Assembly (NCBI GenBank): GCA_000165345.1
Contig: CM000433.1
Location: forward strand, 448,001 to 512,000
DNA: 64,000 bases
Direction: 5' to 3'
Shown here piece after piece: positions 22,201 through 33,173 of the stretch (its first letter is position 1; each line of letters starts with the position of its first letter). Both the position numbers and the translations under genes were made by a program. The notes under the pieces are model-generated. The model had not been told where the DNA came from. It was given only the letters and a program-made list of their open reading frames with translations, and searched no databases.

Positions 22201-24062
22201 GGAGGAGCAGCAGGAGCAGCTGGGGCATCCTTCTTTAGCGGAGCAGCTGGGGCATCCTTCTTTAGTGGTGCGGCAGGAGCGTCCTTTTTAGCTGGAGGAG
22301 CAGCTGGAGTAGTTGGGGCATCCTTCTTTAGTGGTGCGGCAGGAACATCCTTCTTTAGTGGCGCTGCAGGAGCATCTTTCTTTGCTGGTGGAGCAGTAGG
22401 AGCAACTGGGGCATCCTTCTTTAGCGGAGCAGCAGGGGCATCCTTCTTAGCTGGAGGAGCAGCAGGAGCAGCTGGGGCATCCTTCTTAGCTGGAGGAGCA
22501 GCAGGAGCAGCTGGGGCATCCTTCTTTAGCGGAGCAGCTGGGGCATCCTTTTTAGCTGGCGGAGCAGCAGGAGCAGCAGGAGCATCCTTCTTTAGTGGCG
22601 CAGCAGGGGCTTCTTTCTTTGCTGGAGGCACAACTAGAGCGTCCTTTTTAGCTGGTGGAGCAGCTGGGGCATCTTTTTTGGAAATTAGTGAAGGCTCATT
22701 GCTTTCCAAGCTTGATTTTATAGTTTCAGATGCCTTGGAATTACTTGAATTTAAATCTATAGAGTTATCTTTGTGGCCAGCAGAGCTTAAATTTTGCTCC
22801 TTATTACTTAAAATAGCGCTAGAGTTCTTGGAAGCAGAGATAGAAGGCGACTTCAAAGAGGATGAGACGGACTTACCAACAGATTCAACCATTTCCTTAA
22901 CTTCTCCGATTGGTTTTTCAATATTTTCGATAAATTTATGAATACTTCCCTCTTTTTTAGAAATATCTGTTTTACTTTGTTCAATATGGCTCTTGCTAGT
23001 ATTTAATTTCGATACTGAAGCATTTGATTTGCTTTGAGGCAAAGCCTGCGATAAAGCTTTTGATGATTCCAAAGAAGAACGACTTACTTGGGAATGAGTC
23101 TTTGAATGATCCATGGATGGCATCTTAGATTGTGATTGTTTTGGTGTTGAAAGTTTATCAGATTTTCCAGATTCTAATTGAGACTTGTGCTTAGAATACT
23201 CACTCTCTGGATTAATGTCACTTTCATCGTTAATTTTGCTTGATGAGGGCATTGAATGTTTAGATCCTATAATGTTTTGTTGAATACTTTCAGGATGCTC
23301 CGAATTTTTATTAGCTTCTATCCTTAATCTTTCTTCATTTAACTTGGCTGCTCTACTCTTTTTCTCAAATTCAATAATGTTTTCTTGAAGATGTTTAATG
23401 GAATCATCCAATTTTGGCTCTAATAAATAAATTCTTTGTTGAACTGCTCTCTCTACTAATGCCTTAGAAATATTCAAAGCATTTTCTTCTGGGTTATCAA
23501 GTAAGTACTTCAATGTATAAGAAATGTAATGCACGCATGCATCCAAACATTTTTGGCTATAATTCAAATTACTACTCAAGTTCTTTGAGTCCATTGTTCG
23601 ATTGGCTTTAAGGGCATCTTGAGCAGATTTGAGTGACTCTTCTAGACGGTAATTTTCATCTTGGAGAATCTCATTCTGCTCCTTGAGCTTTTCAAAAAGC
23701 TGCCTTAATTGAGAATAATTATCTCTATATCTTCTTACAGTTTCTTGAGCATCCGAGCCTGTAACAAAATGTTCTGAATGCTGTCCTCTATGAGTATCGC
23801 TAACGCCCATACAACTTGATAGTATACTACCACCCAAGCCTTTTTTAAAGCATCTTGCAATTGAAGACCCTCTTGTACTATCCAAACCAGAATTTATTGC
23901 GCTTGTTGGCCTACTTTTTGAATTTTTAGAATTGAACATAGTCTGGTCAAGAGGTGGAACAGAACTTTGACGATAATTCATTGCTAAAGACTCTGTACTT
24001 CTTCTATTGTTTGGCGATAAACGAGAGCTTGCTCTGTTTTTATCATTGTAGAACGTACTCAT
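19230..24062 (-). CDS. Giant low-complexity protein of 1610 aa. It has an N-terminal ~470-aa Ser-rich/coiled-coil region followed by ~1100 aa of degenerate tandem Pro/Ala/Lys repeats (PPAKKDAPAA, PAAPLKKDAPAA, PPMKKDAP, PAPESPAKDAP).
   Basis: ATG at 24062. It is an uninterrupted ORF through a 3.4-kb DNA tandem array, and the repeat units keep frame. The C-terminus is 'PIKKSPPIPIKKEAPN'. The opposite-strand 1140-aa G/A/S/F ORF is a mirror artefact. Confidence 0.8.
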   Translation of the reverse strand: MSTFYNDKNRASSRLSPNNRRSTESLAMNYRQSSVPPLDQTMFNSKNSKSRPTSAINSGLDSTRGSSIARCFKKGLGGSILSSCMGVSDTHRGQHSEHFVTGSDAQETVRRYRDNYSQLRQLFEKLKEQNEILQDENYRLEESLKSAQDALKANRTMDSKNLSSNLNYSQKCLDACVHYISYTLKYLLDNPEENALNISKALVERAVQQRIYLLEPKLDDSIKHLQENIIEFEKKSRAAKLNEERLRIEANKNSEHPESIQQNIIGSKHSMPSSSKINDESDINPESEYSKHKSQLESGKSDKLSTPKQSQSKMPSMDHSKTHSQVSRSSLESSKALSQALPQSKSNASVSKLNTSKSHIEQSKTDISKKEGSIHKFIENIEKPIGEVKEMVESVGKSVSSSLKSPSISASKNSSAILSNKEQNLSSAGHKDNSIDLNSSNSKASETIKSSLESNEPSLISKKDAPAAPPAKKDALVVPPAKKEAPAAPLKKDAPAAPAAPPAKKDAPAAPLKKDAPAAPAAPPAKKDAPAAPAAPPAKKDAPAAPLKKDAPVAPTAPPAKKDAPAAPLKKDVPAAPLKKDAPTTPAAPPAKKDAPAAPLKKDAPAAPLKKDAPAAPAAPPAKKDAPAAPAAPAAPPAKKDAPAAPLKKDAPAAPAAPPAKKDAPAAPAAPPAKKDAPAAPAAPPAKKDAPAAPLKKDAPAAPAAPPAKKDAPAAPAAPLKKDAPAAPAAPPAKKDAPAAPLKKDAPAAPAAPPAKKDAPAAPAAPPAKKDAPAAPLKKDAPAAPVAPPAKKDAPAAPPAKKDAPAAPLKKDAPTPPAKDAPAAPPMKKDAPAAPPMKKGAPPAPESPAKDAPAAPPAKKDAPTAPLKKDAPAVPTAPPAKKDAPAAPPMKKDAPAVPATPPAKKDAPATPATPAAPPAKKDAPAAPPMKKDAPAVPATPPAKKDAPAAPAAPPAKKDAPAAPAAPPAKKDAPAAPAAPLKKDAPAAPAAPPAKKDAPAVPTAPPAKKDAPAAPPAKKDAPAAPPMKKDAPAVPTAPPAKKDAPAAPPMKKDVPAAPPMKKDAPAAPPAKDAPPAPESPAKKDAPVPPPAKKDAPAAPPMKKDAPAALPAKKDAPAVPAAPPVKKDAPASPPMKKDAPPAPESPAKDAPAAPPAKKDAPTAPLKKDAPAVPTAPPAKKDAPAAPPMKKDAPAVPAAPPAKKDAPAAPAAPPAKKDAPAAPPAKKDAPAAPPAKKDAPAAPPAKKDAPAAPPVKKDAPPAPESPAKDAPASPLAKKDAPAAPPMKKDAPAAPAAPPAKKDAPAAPPAKKDAPAAPPAKKDTPAAPPAKKDAPAAPPAKKDAPAAPPAKKDAPAAPPAKKDAPAPESPAKDAPAAPPMKKDAPAAPPAKKDAPAPPAKDAPVAPPAKKDAPAPPAKDAPASPPAKKDAPAPPPMKKDAPAAPPMKKDAPVPPESPAKDIPAAPPAKKDAPAAPPMKKDAPAAPPMKKDAPAAPPMKKDAPPAPESPAKDAPAPPPAKKDAPAVPPMKKDAPAAPPMKKDAPAAPDSPAKDAPAIPPAKKDAPLSPTMKKGAPTSPPMKKDLPSAPPMKKDAPTAPAPIKKSPPIPIKKEAPN
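19250..22690. repeat. Coding minisatellite. These are tandem 30-nt and 39-nt units (RC: ccagctgctcctgctgctcctccagctaagaaggatgc...). I estimate ~100 copies with point variants.
   Basis: Direct inspection shows near-identical units reiterated across the whole interval. Both strands show long ORFs because of the repeat structure. Confidence 0.9.
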
Positions 24063-24247
24063 TGATTAGGCCTTTACTAAATCAAATTTTATTTCATTTA
24101 AACAAATACAATTTTTTCCACTAGTTTTTATATCCCAATTTTTTATTTATTTTACGATTTTTATTTTTTTAAATATCAATTCTTCACACTTTTTTTTTTA
24201 GATATTTTATTATTCAATCTAAATGCATGTAATTTGTAATGAAAAAG

Positions 24248-24270
24248 TACCGGTAATTCAGGCGGGAAAA
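24248..24270. promoter_or_regulatory. ACCGGTAATTCAGGCGGGAAAA, an ACCGGTA box adjacent to a canonical E2F half-site. It sits in the divergent intergenic region between the repeat-protein gene and the EndoG-like gene.
   Basis: The motif is present in the sequence. Its function is inferred. Confidence 0.35.
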
Positions 24271-24757
24271 GACACGTATTATTTGATAATTATATAAATA
24301 AATTTATATTAACTTGTAAAATTATTTGCCAAATATAGAATTTGAGAAAAATTTATTATTATTTTTTTTTTTATCAGGGAAAATTATGTGTGATTAGAAT
24401 TTACGTAGTGGCAATTACTATATATTATTCTCAATTAGGTAGTTATAATTAGGAGTATTCGTTGTTTTTTTTTTTGAGGAAGTTTAATATATTTAGATTT
24501 TGAAAATATTAGTGAAATTAAAAAAAAAAAAAAAAAAGCATTAAACTATACATTTATTGTGAGTAATTTTTTTTATTAATACGAGGGAAATTTATATAAT
24601 TTCATTTTAATATTTATTGATATAATTTTTTGATTAAATAAATATATATATTATATTCCGGGAATTGCTACATCACAATATAAGACTTGTATTCATTCCA
24701 TATAAAAAAAACTAGTATTTGAATGTAAAAAACCACTGTTAATTTAATGTTGAAAAT

Positions 24758-26176
24758 ATGACTATGAAATCGACAGTCAATCTAATGCTCGGGGTAGCAA
24801 TCGGAACAGCAATTGGCTATAAGCTGTATCCCAATATTGAAGGAAATAATCTGAAGCATAACCTATTAAAGAATATGGATATTCAGCATGTTAATATTGG
24901 ACAGAAATATTTTTCAAAGAAGTTTAATAAGTATTCGGATAAAATTGTAAAATCTGTGACAGGCGGATTCTATCCATCAGTTAAACTTCCTAGTACTGAA
25001 AATCTAATTCTTAGAGAGTCTTATTTATCATCTGTTTCCTTTAGAGACAAAATACCCAATTGGGTAGCTGAGAAGATATCTAATGAAACTTGTTCAGGAA
25101 AAGCAAATAGGGCAGACTGTGTTTTCCAAGTAGACCCAGATGTTCCGTTGATTTGGAGTGCTGAAAACAAGGATTACTTTGCAAGTGGATATAGCAGAGG
25201 ACATATGGCAGCAGCCGGCCAGCATAAAAATACAGAAACGGCCCAATCTGATACATTTTATTTATCTGGAAATATACTCCCACAAGATTTATCCAATAAT
25301 GGAGCAGATTGGTACAGATTGGAGCTCATTTCAAGAGAACTTACAAATTATTATCAAGATGTTTATGTAGTTTCAGGCCCACTATTTGCTCCGAATTATA
25401 TGCGTTCTAAGGACTTTAAAAAATTGGCACAAAATTTAGAAAGTATTAAAAAGGAAGATCCTCCAAAGGATGCGCTTGGCCAGATATGTGTTATACACAA
25501 GAAAGACGTTCTCGACAAGGCTAGAGAATTAGGAGATGAGAAAAAAATGGATCCAAACCTCATTGTTAAATCTGATTTGAAAGATACCCCAGTTAATACT
25601 GTTACTTATGAAGTAATAGGTGACAAGCTCGTCTCCGCTCCACCACATTTATTCAAAGTTATTTTAGCAGTCAATCCAAAGAAAGAAAAGGATATTGATG
25701 TTCCTCCTGTTGCGTTTGGAAGCTTCATTATGAAGAATGAACCTGAAAGCAAGAGACATCTAATTACTGAATACATGGTGCCTTTAAAAAGTATTGAAAT
25801 TTCTACAGGCTTAGACTTCTCAGGTCTCAAAGAATTTACAATCAATTATCTAAAAGCTAATATATCAAGGAAAGATTTTAAAAAGCTTTTAAACTATGAA
25901 GATTTGGATGAATTTGAGAATATGTACAGCATTTGTAATGTTAAAGACACTCTAAGACATGGTAAAAGTGCTCAATCTATATGTAATGATGAGGACTCAG
26001 AAAGAGTAAAGTCTTGGAGGTATCTTGGGTATATTAAATTATCTAAAACTAAAAAAGAACTCGAAGACATATGGAATACCATCAAAAGCAACGGATATGA
26101 TAAAGAAAATTTCTTCCTTAGAAAAGAATATGTAAATAAATGCAAATCTCTTGGAATTGAACCAGAGAAATTCTAA
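24758..26176 (+). CDS. DNA/RNA non-specific endonuclease, EndoG/NUC1-like (His-Me finger), with a hydrophobic N-terminus.
   Basis: ATG at 24758. 'SGYSRGHMAAAGQHKNTETAQSDTFYLSGNILPQ...WYRLELISRELTNYYQDVYVVSGPLFAP' aligns with the EndoG active-site block (FDRGHLAAAANH...DTFYLSNVAPQ...W..LE...R.L...YQNVYVCTGPLF). Confidence 0.85.
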   Translation: MTMKSTVNLMLGVAIGTAIGYKLYPNIEGNNLKHNLLKNMDIQHVNIGQKYFSKKFNKYSDKIVKSVTGGFYPSVKLPSTENLILRESYLSSVSFRDKIPNWVAEKISNETCSGKANRADCVFQVDPDVPLIWSAENKDYFASGYSRGHMAAAGQHKNTETAQSDTFYLSGNILPQDLSNNGADWYRLELISRELTNYYQDVYVVSGPLFAPNYMRSKDFKKLAQNLESIKKEDPPKDALGQICVIHKKDVLDKARELGDEKKMDPNLIVKSDLKDTPVNTVTYEVIGDKLVSAPPHLFKVILAVNPKKEKDIDVPPVAFGSFIMKNEPESKRHLITEYMVPLKSIEISTGLDFSGLKEFTINYLKANISRKDFKKLLNYEDLDEFENMYSICNVKDTLRHGKSAQSICNDEDSERVKSWRYLGYIKLSKTKKELEDIWNTIKSNGYDKENFFLRKEYVNKCKSLGIEPEKF

Positions 26177-26995
26177 ATTTTTCTACTAGTATCTTAATTT
26201 TCGTTTCATAGTACTTTTTTACTTTTCAATTGTAAGGATTCTCTTCATAATTCAACTTTATAGATTAATAATAACATGCAAAGCTTCCCGCCGTCTCTAA
26301 TTAAAAAAAAAAAAAAAATATTCTGTATATTTATCCTTAACTTGAAAAAATTTCAAAGCTTATCTACATATTTCTTTAATAATATATACCAAATTGACAT
26401 AAGTTAGCGGATTTTAACACTAATAAATTATTTTCCCTCTTAAATTAATACTAATACGCACTTTTGCACATTTCCTTCCGCCATTCACTTTTTTCCCACC
26501 AACGTCCTGTATCTAAAATAATAAGCAAAAAGACTGTAAAATAGGATCAATAATTATTAATTCAAATTTCCCGCCAAAATGGCATGACGATTTAGTTACC
26601 AAATATCGCATTAATTGTATTATGTGCGTTTCACCCAAGTATATTCTCTTTCTTTTGATTTATAGAAGAGAAAACTTAAAATCGTGAAATAGTTTGGAGA
26701 ATTATATCCCAATTTTTTTAAATCTTCACTAAAGATTTTTATCAAGTTTAATTTTTCTACTAATTTTTATTACTGGGTATCTACGCTCATAAGCGTGAAT
26801 GTATTGTTCAAAACAGAGAAAATTATTAAGGATTGGAGTTTTTTACTCAGCTCGTAGAATCTCCCGTAAAATCCGTTATATTTAATTGGATTTATCAATT
26901 TCTAATTTGATATCTTTGGAATTGAATGAGTTAAAGGATAAGAATAATATTAAAGATTTCATTGTTTCTAACAAATCTATTGAATATTCTTCCAT

Positions 26996-27081
<86 letters not shown>

Positions 27082-27145
27082 AGGTCAATATAAATCAATA
27101 ATACTCAGAATTTACTTAGGTTAAGTTAAGGGGAAACAATTAAAG

Positions 27146-28948
27146 ATGAATTCAGAACAATTAATTGAATCAGAAACTTCTGATGAAAATTATACTTCTT
27201 CAACAGACGAATTTGAAAGGATTAATACTAACAATGAAGATTTAAACACTAGTGTTGATACATTTCCATTAGGGATAGGTGGTTTGGAAGTCCCACATGA
27301 AAAAGAAGATTTTCGTAGAGTACTTACTCCTTTAAGTAAAGATCAGCTTGTAGAGTTATTAGCTGGTGCATGTATTGAGGATCAAAAAATTTTACAGAGA
27401 GTCTTTGCCGTAATTTGTGAAAGCAGATCCCATAGGCGTCTATATATAAAGAATTTGCCATTTTCTGCTAATACCGAGTCCGTAATAGAAGTTTTTTCTC
27501 AATTTGGAGATGTGGAAGAAGGGATTGTTCTCAAAAAGGATGGGAAATCTAGAGGTTATGCATTTGTAACTTTTAAAACAATAGAGTCAGCACTATTAGC
27601 TTGTAAAAACCCTGTGAGTATGAGTGGCAGGTTTTTGATGGTAAAGCTTGCAGCTGATCCTTTTCCATTTGAAACAAAAAGGTCAGATGCAATACGTAGA
27701 AAGCTTTTTGTTAGAAATTTGGGTTTTGAAACCAATGAAGATTCCTTATCGGAAGTTATGGGGCAATATGGAGAGCTTGAGGAGTCAGTTATTTTGAGGA
27801 CAAAATCTGGGGAATCCAAAGGCTATGGGTTTGTGACGTTTGCTAGCTCTGAAGCTACAATTAAAGCACTTCAACAACCACACCACCTTATTGACGGAAG
27901 ATTAGTTTTTGTACATCAAGCAATAGAGGGCAAAACACGTGTGACCAAAAATAAAGAAGTTTATTTGCAAAATAACTCAAAACAAACTTACGAGAATAAA
28001 GTTATGGAGAGTAAGGATCAGTTGCCAATGCCTTGCAATTTCGATCAAGTGGTACCACCCTCATCTTCACCGACTATTTCTGATTTACAATACGCCAACT
28101 CTAAACTTTCAAGAGATTCATTATTTTTACATTTTATGGAGAAGCCCAATTTAAGTAGTAATTTTGGCACGAAGTATTCTGGAGTTGACAGGGTCTTATT
28201 TGATAATGAATATCCTAACCCTGTTAATGGTATTGATTCAAATTTAAGTAATTTCCCTAATTTAACAGATGATTTTAACTTAATCAAAAGCGTTTCTTTA
28301 AATCAAGGTACTAGTAATAATAACAATAATAATAATATTAATAATATACGTTTCAATAAAGCTAAAGATCATCCAAATCTAAAGTTAGATCACTCTTGTG
28401 ATTTTAATATTCCAAGTAGAGCCAACATTGATATGAGATCAACGAATGCCGTCCATCTTCCTAATAATGACGACCATTCTGAGAGAAATTATAATATTTT
28501 TGTTGATGAGAATATTTTTTCCAACGATCATATGAATAAGAATTTTGGAAGATGGTATTTATCAAATAACACAAAGGCCCGCTCGTTCCCGAATATGCAT
28601 TTCAAGGCGCCAAATCAATCAAACTTGTCAGGAAATTTACCTTCTTCTATTAATTGGGCGATTTCTAATAATTTTAGAGAGAAAATGAAATCAAGAATGG
28701 AGGATATGAACGTATTAGATGCTGAATATAACGAGTTTGAGGACTTTATGTTTAACTCCCATTACAAAGAGTCACGCCAATGTCCGATTAATAAGTCACC
28801 TTCTTGGAATAGCTTTGCAGATAGATTTGGCCATGATTTTATTTCTAACAATCTGCTTCTAAAGGATAAACATATTAATAGAAAGTGCGACTTTAATCGG
28901 ATCGCATATTCACCTTTGATTCTGGATAAAAAATTTACAGCCTTTTGA
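27146..28948 (+). CDS. RNA-binding protein with two RRM domains and an Asn-rich C-terminal half.
   Basis: ATG at 27146. The RNP-1 octamers 'RGYAFVTF' and 'KGYGFVTF' are each preceded by an RNP-2-like 'LYIKNLPF' / 'LFVRNLGF'. Confidence 0.8.
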   Translation: MNSEQLIESETSDENYTSSTDEFERINTNNEDLNTSVDTFPLGIGGLEVPHEKEDFRRVLTPLSKDQLVELLAGACIEDQKILQRVFAVICESRSHRRLYIKNLPFSANTESVIEVFSQFGDVEEGIVLKKDGKSRGYAFVTFKTIESALLACKNPVSMSGRFLMVKLAADPFPFETKRSDAIRRKLFVRNLGFETNEDSLSEVMGQYGELEESVILRTKSGESKGYGFVTFASSEATIKALQQPHHLIDGRLVFVHQAIEGKTRVTKNKEVYLQNNSKQTYENKVMESKDQLPMPCNFDQVVPPSSSPTISDLQYANSKLSRDSLFLHFMEKPNLSSNFGTKYSGVDRVLFDNEYPNPVNGIDSNLSNFPNLTDDFNLIKSVSLNQGTSNNNNNNNINNIRFNKAKDHPNLKLDHSCDFNIPSRANIDMRSTNAVHLPNNDDHSERNYNIFVDENIFSNDHMNKNFGRWYLSNNTKARSFPNMHFKAPNQSNLSGNLPSSINWAISNNFREKMKSRMEDMNVLDAEYNEFEDFMFNSHYKESRQCPINKSPSWNSFADRFGHDFISNNLLLKDKHINRKCDFNRIAYSPLILDKKFTAF

Positions 28949-29440
28949 CATGTAAAATTCATGATTGTAACAATAATTTTAGATTTTAACTATTTTTAAG
29001 TTAAAGCCGTAGATTCATTATTTGTGAAAACTTTAGTTTTAGTTTCCAAGATTGTTTCGATTTTTTAATTTTTTTGTTTTACCAAGTTTCATATTATTAT
29101 TATTATTTGTTTTCATCTTAACTAAGAATCTTTGCTTGGTATCTATTTTTGCCTTGATAGATAACATAATAATTGTTGAAACTGAATTGCAATTTTGCAT
29201 TGATAGGAATATGGTTTAAAAATACACACATACTACACTACTTTGAAGTTAAATGCTAGCTATTACGCTTTACATAATATAAAGAGGCAATATTAAATAA
29301 TTACAAAGTAAAGTCCCAAATTTTAATCAATTAAAGAATAACTAAGTACAAAATAATATCAAATTCTATTCTGTTTTACTATTGACTTTCTAAAAAAAAA
29401 ATATTTTTTCTTATACCCCACTTTTTTTTAGATTTTCCTA

Positions 29441-29496
29441 TACCGGTATAATATTTAAATACCGGCATATAACTATGCAAGGAGACGGCGCCAAAC
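29441..29496. promoter_or_regulatory. Composite upstream module TACCGGTATA-n10-ACCGGCAT-n18-GGCGCCAAA, about 300-350 bp upstream of RPS13.
   Basis: The motifs are seen in the sequence. The same ACCGGYAT + GGCGCC pairing recurs at 31507..31527. Confidence 0.35.
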
Positions 29497-29799
29497 GTAT
29501 TGTCTTGAAAATGAAGTCAATTATGTGAAAAATAATATTAACAATTGTTATTGTTATTAATTATTACTATAAGTAAATGCTAAGAGTTAAAATTAGTTTT
29601 CAAGTTAAATAATATAATATTAATTAAATTTATTTATTTTAAATAAATAACAAAGGAAAGAAAGACAAATTAAATTACGTCTTAAATAGCCTAAAATAAT
29701 AGAAAAAAGTGACACAACAATCTCCAAGGTCAAATTGGAATAATTAATATTTTGTTTCCATTGAAATATTATTATTGAGGATTAATTTAGAGAGGAAAA

Positions 29800-30255
29800 A
29801 TGGGAAGAGTTTACGGACGTGGAAAAGGTATTTCATCATCAGCTAAGCCATATAGAAGACGACCACCAACATGGATTAAGTTAAAGCCATCAGAGGCAGA
29901 AGATTTAATTACAAAGCTTGCCCGTAAAGGTTTGACCCCATCTCAAATTGGCGTTACTTTGAGAGATTCTCATGGTATTCCAATGGTCCAATCTTTAACA
30001 GGTAGTAAGATTTTAAGAATTTTGAAGAAGAATGGTTTAGCTCCAGATATTCCAGAAGATCTCTATTTCTTGATCAAGAGAGCTGTTTCTATCCGCAAGC
30101 ACCTTGAGAAATTCAGAAAGGATACTGCTGCTAAATACAGATTGATTTTGGTTGAGTCTAGAATTCACCGTTTAGCTAGATATTTTAAGCGTTCAAAGCA
30201 GCTTCCAGCCAACTGGAAGTATCAAGCTGCTACTGCCTCTACTTTGGTTGCATAA
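29800..30255 (+). CDS. RPS13: 40S ribosomal protein S13 (uS15).
   Basis: It is 151 aa and collinear with eukaryotic RPS13: MGR...GKG.S.SA.PYRR..P.W.K......[20 protein letters not shown]......TG.KILRILK..GLAPD.PEDLY.LIK.AV..RKHLE..RKD...[16 protein letters not shown]....LP..WKY...TAS.LVA. Confidence 0.95.
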   Translation: MGRVYGRGKGISSSAKPYRRRPPTWIKLKPSEAEDLITKLARKGLTPSQIGVTLRDSHGIPMVQSLTGSKILRILKKNGLAPDIPEDLYFLIKRAVSIRKHLEKFRKDTAAKYRLILVESRIHRLARYFKRSKQLPANWKYQAATASTLVA

Positions 30256-30717
30256 GTTTCTTAATTTTGTTATAACCAAACTTCCAAAAGAGATTTCATA
30301 ATTGGTAAAAGAGATAAAGGCTCTTTCATTGATTTATTCTTTTTTATAGATTCTGAATATTCTAAGATTTATTTACTAAATAGTTAGCTATTTAATATTA
30401 ATTAGAAGCTGGTTTTAGTTTAATAAATTTCTAATTGACTTTTTCTCAATTTTCTTTTTAGTTTTAAAATCACTAAATGACTATTTGTTTGGATTTTGAA
30501 AAGAGACAAGTTGTGTTATCTATAGGTTGAAATATATTATAAATCTATTATAAGCTAAGATTGAAAATTATAGAATAGTCTAATGAAGAATATCTAATTA
30601 ATGTTATTAAAATAACATTAATTAATAACATTAATTTATTTTCTTATTTATTAATGTAATAAATCCATTTAAATATATAAATCACTTCCTTTATTAAATT
30701 CAAATATATAATTCCCT

Positions 30718-31098
30718 CTATCTTCTATTACCAAAAGAACCACGAGATTTATTATCAAAATTGCCTCCACCTGATAAATTTGTTGTAGATTTATTTCCAA
30801 ATTTAGGACCAGAAATTGGATTCACTCTTGGTGGATTTTGTTTAGGAGTATCATCTATTAATAAGGCATCTAGTGGTAAAGAGTCTGGTAATATAAAGTA
30901 TCTGATAGTATTTCCTCTTACAGTAATTTGAGAAAGACTAACAGGATTTCTGTGTTTTACACTCATTTTTACATTCTTTAAATAAGTATTCATAGACATA
31001 TCCACAGTTACTATTGTTCCTTGAATAATTGTTCCATTCTTTAATTCAATTACTACTGAATTATTGACTAATTTCATAAGGAATCTAATTAGTTTCAT
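30718..31098 (-). CDS. SNRPD1: Small nuclear ribonucleoprotein Sm D1.
   Basis: ATG at 31098. '[82 protein letters not shown]' is nearly collinear with human SmD1. It has a Gly/Arg-containing tail. Confidence 0.9.
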   Translation of the reverse strand: MKLIRFLMKLVNNSVVIELKNGTIIQGTIVTVDMSMNTYLKNVKMSVKHRNPVSLSQITVRGNTIRYFILPDSLPLDALLIDDTPKQNPPRVNPISGPKFGNKSTTNLSGGGNFDNKSRGSFGNRR

Positions 31099-31506
31099 TT
31101 TTCTTCTACTGGTATTGTGAATTAACCAAATCTATATATACTCTTAATTTAACTTAAATAAATTTACATTTAAAAACAAATAAATATTTAATATATCAAT
31201 GTATAATGTACTTCACAATGCTCATAAATTTATAATAAATATCATAACTGATTATGAATTTACTAAAAATGATCCCAATTAATCAAATTGTATTATTTTG
31301 ACTAAATAAAAAGTAATCAAATTTCAAGAATTATGAGGGAAATTAAATTATATTGAAATTTAAGTTTATTTAAATAATTTGAATTGTTTCTTTATTATAT
31401 AAATATATTATATTAAATATATATTTTTTATATATTGAAATATTTTTTTCTTCTAATTTAACATTGTAAATATTTTCATTTAACGCCAATAAATGAGGGG
31501 GGTAAC

Positions 31507-31527
31507 TGCCGGTATAGGCGCCAAAAG
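31507..31527. promoter_or_regulatory. TGCCGGTATAGGCGCCAAAAG composite motif in the SmD1 / Trx-membrane-protein divergent promoter.
   Basis: The motifs are seen in the sequence. Confidence 0.35.
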
Positions 31528-31740
31528 TGTGTAGTTTTTATTATTAATCACAAAATTATTAAATAAAAAAATAAATTTTAAATTGAAATATTAAAACAAT
31601 TTAAGTATTCCACACAATAAATAAAATCTTCATTATATTAATAATAGTTGTAATAAAGTAAAGGGGGAAACAACAAAGTTGAATTAAATTTATGCATTTA
31701 TAATAAAGTCCATCTAGGTTTTGAGAATATAATAATAAAG

Positions 31741-32832
<1,092 letters not shown>

Positions 32833-33173
32833 ATATTATGGAACAGAAAAACCCTGTCAAAGTAAATTAAATTAACTAGCCAAGTGTACATCTGAGGGAA
32901 GGAAGAGAAACGGATTTTTTCCCTGTCTTGGTCTACATTCAAGGTAGACAGCTGTTGTCAATAGAGATGGCAGTATTACTCTAATTTTAAAAAATAGGTA
33001 CGCTTTAAAGTTACTATTCGGCTTTGATCGAAAGACTTTTTCTTATTCTTGTATTCTTTCTTTTTTTCTCATCCTCGCTATGCCCACACTCTTTTTCCTT
33101 TCCTTTACGGAGTGTTCAGAGCCCGCCTAAACTTATGCATGCATTTCTCAGAGAGTGAGAAAAAAAAAGTACT

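Noticed and set aside
19250-22690. Regular direct repeats that could be mistaken for a CRISPR or minisatellite non-coding array.
   Set aside because: The units are 30-39 nt but are contiguous with no spacers. They are in-frame coding sequence. The genome is eukaryotic.
19463-22941. Long plus-strand ORFs (1140 aa G/A/S/F-rich; 129 aa) and short minus-strand poly-Leu ORFs inside the repeat array.
   Set aside because: They are mirror-image or alternative-frame artefacts of the tandem repeat. The minus-strand 1610-aa frame has a proper ATG, a non-repetitive N-terminal domain and a clean end.
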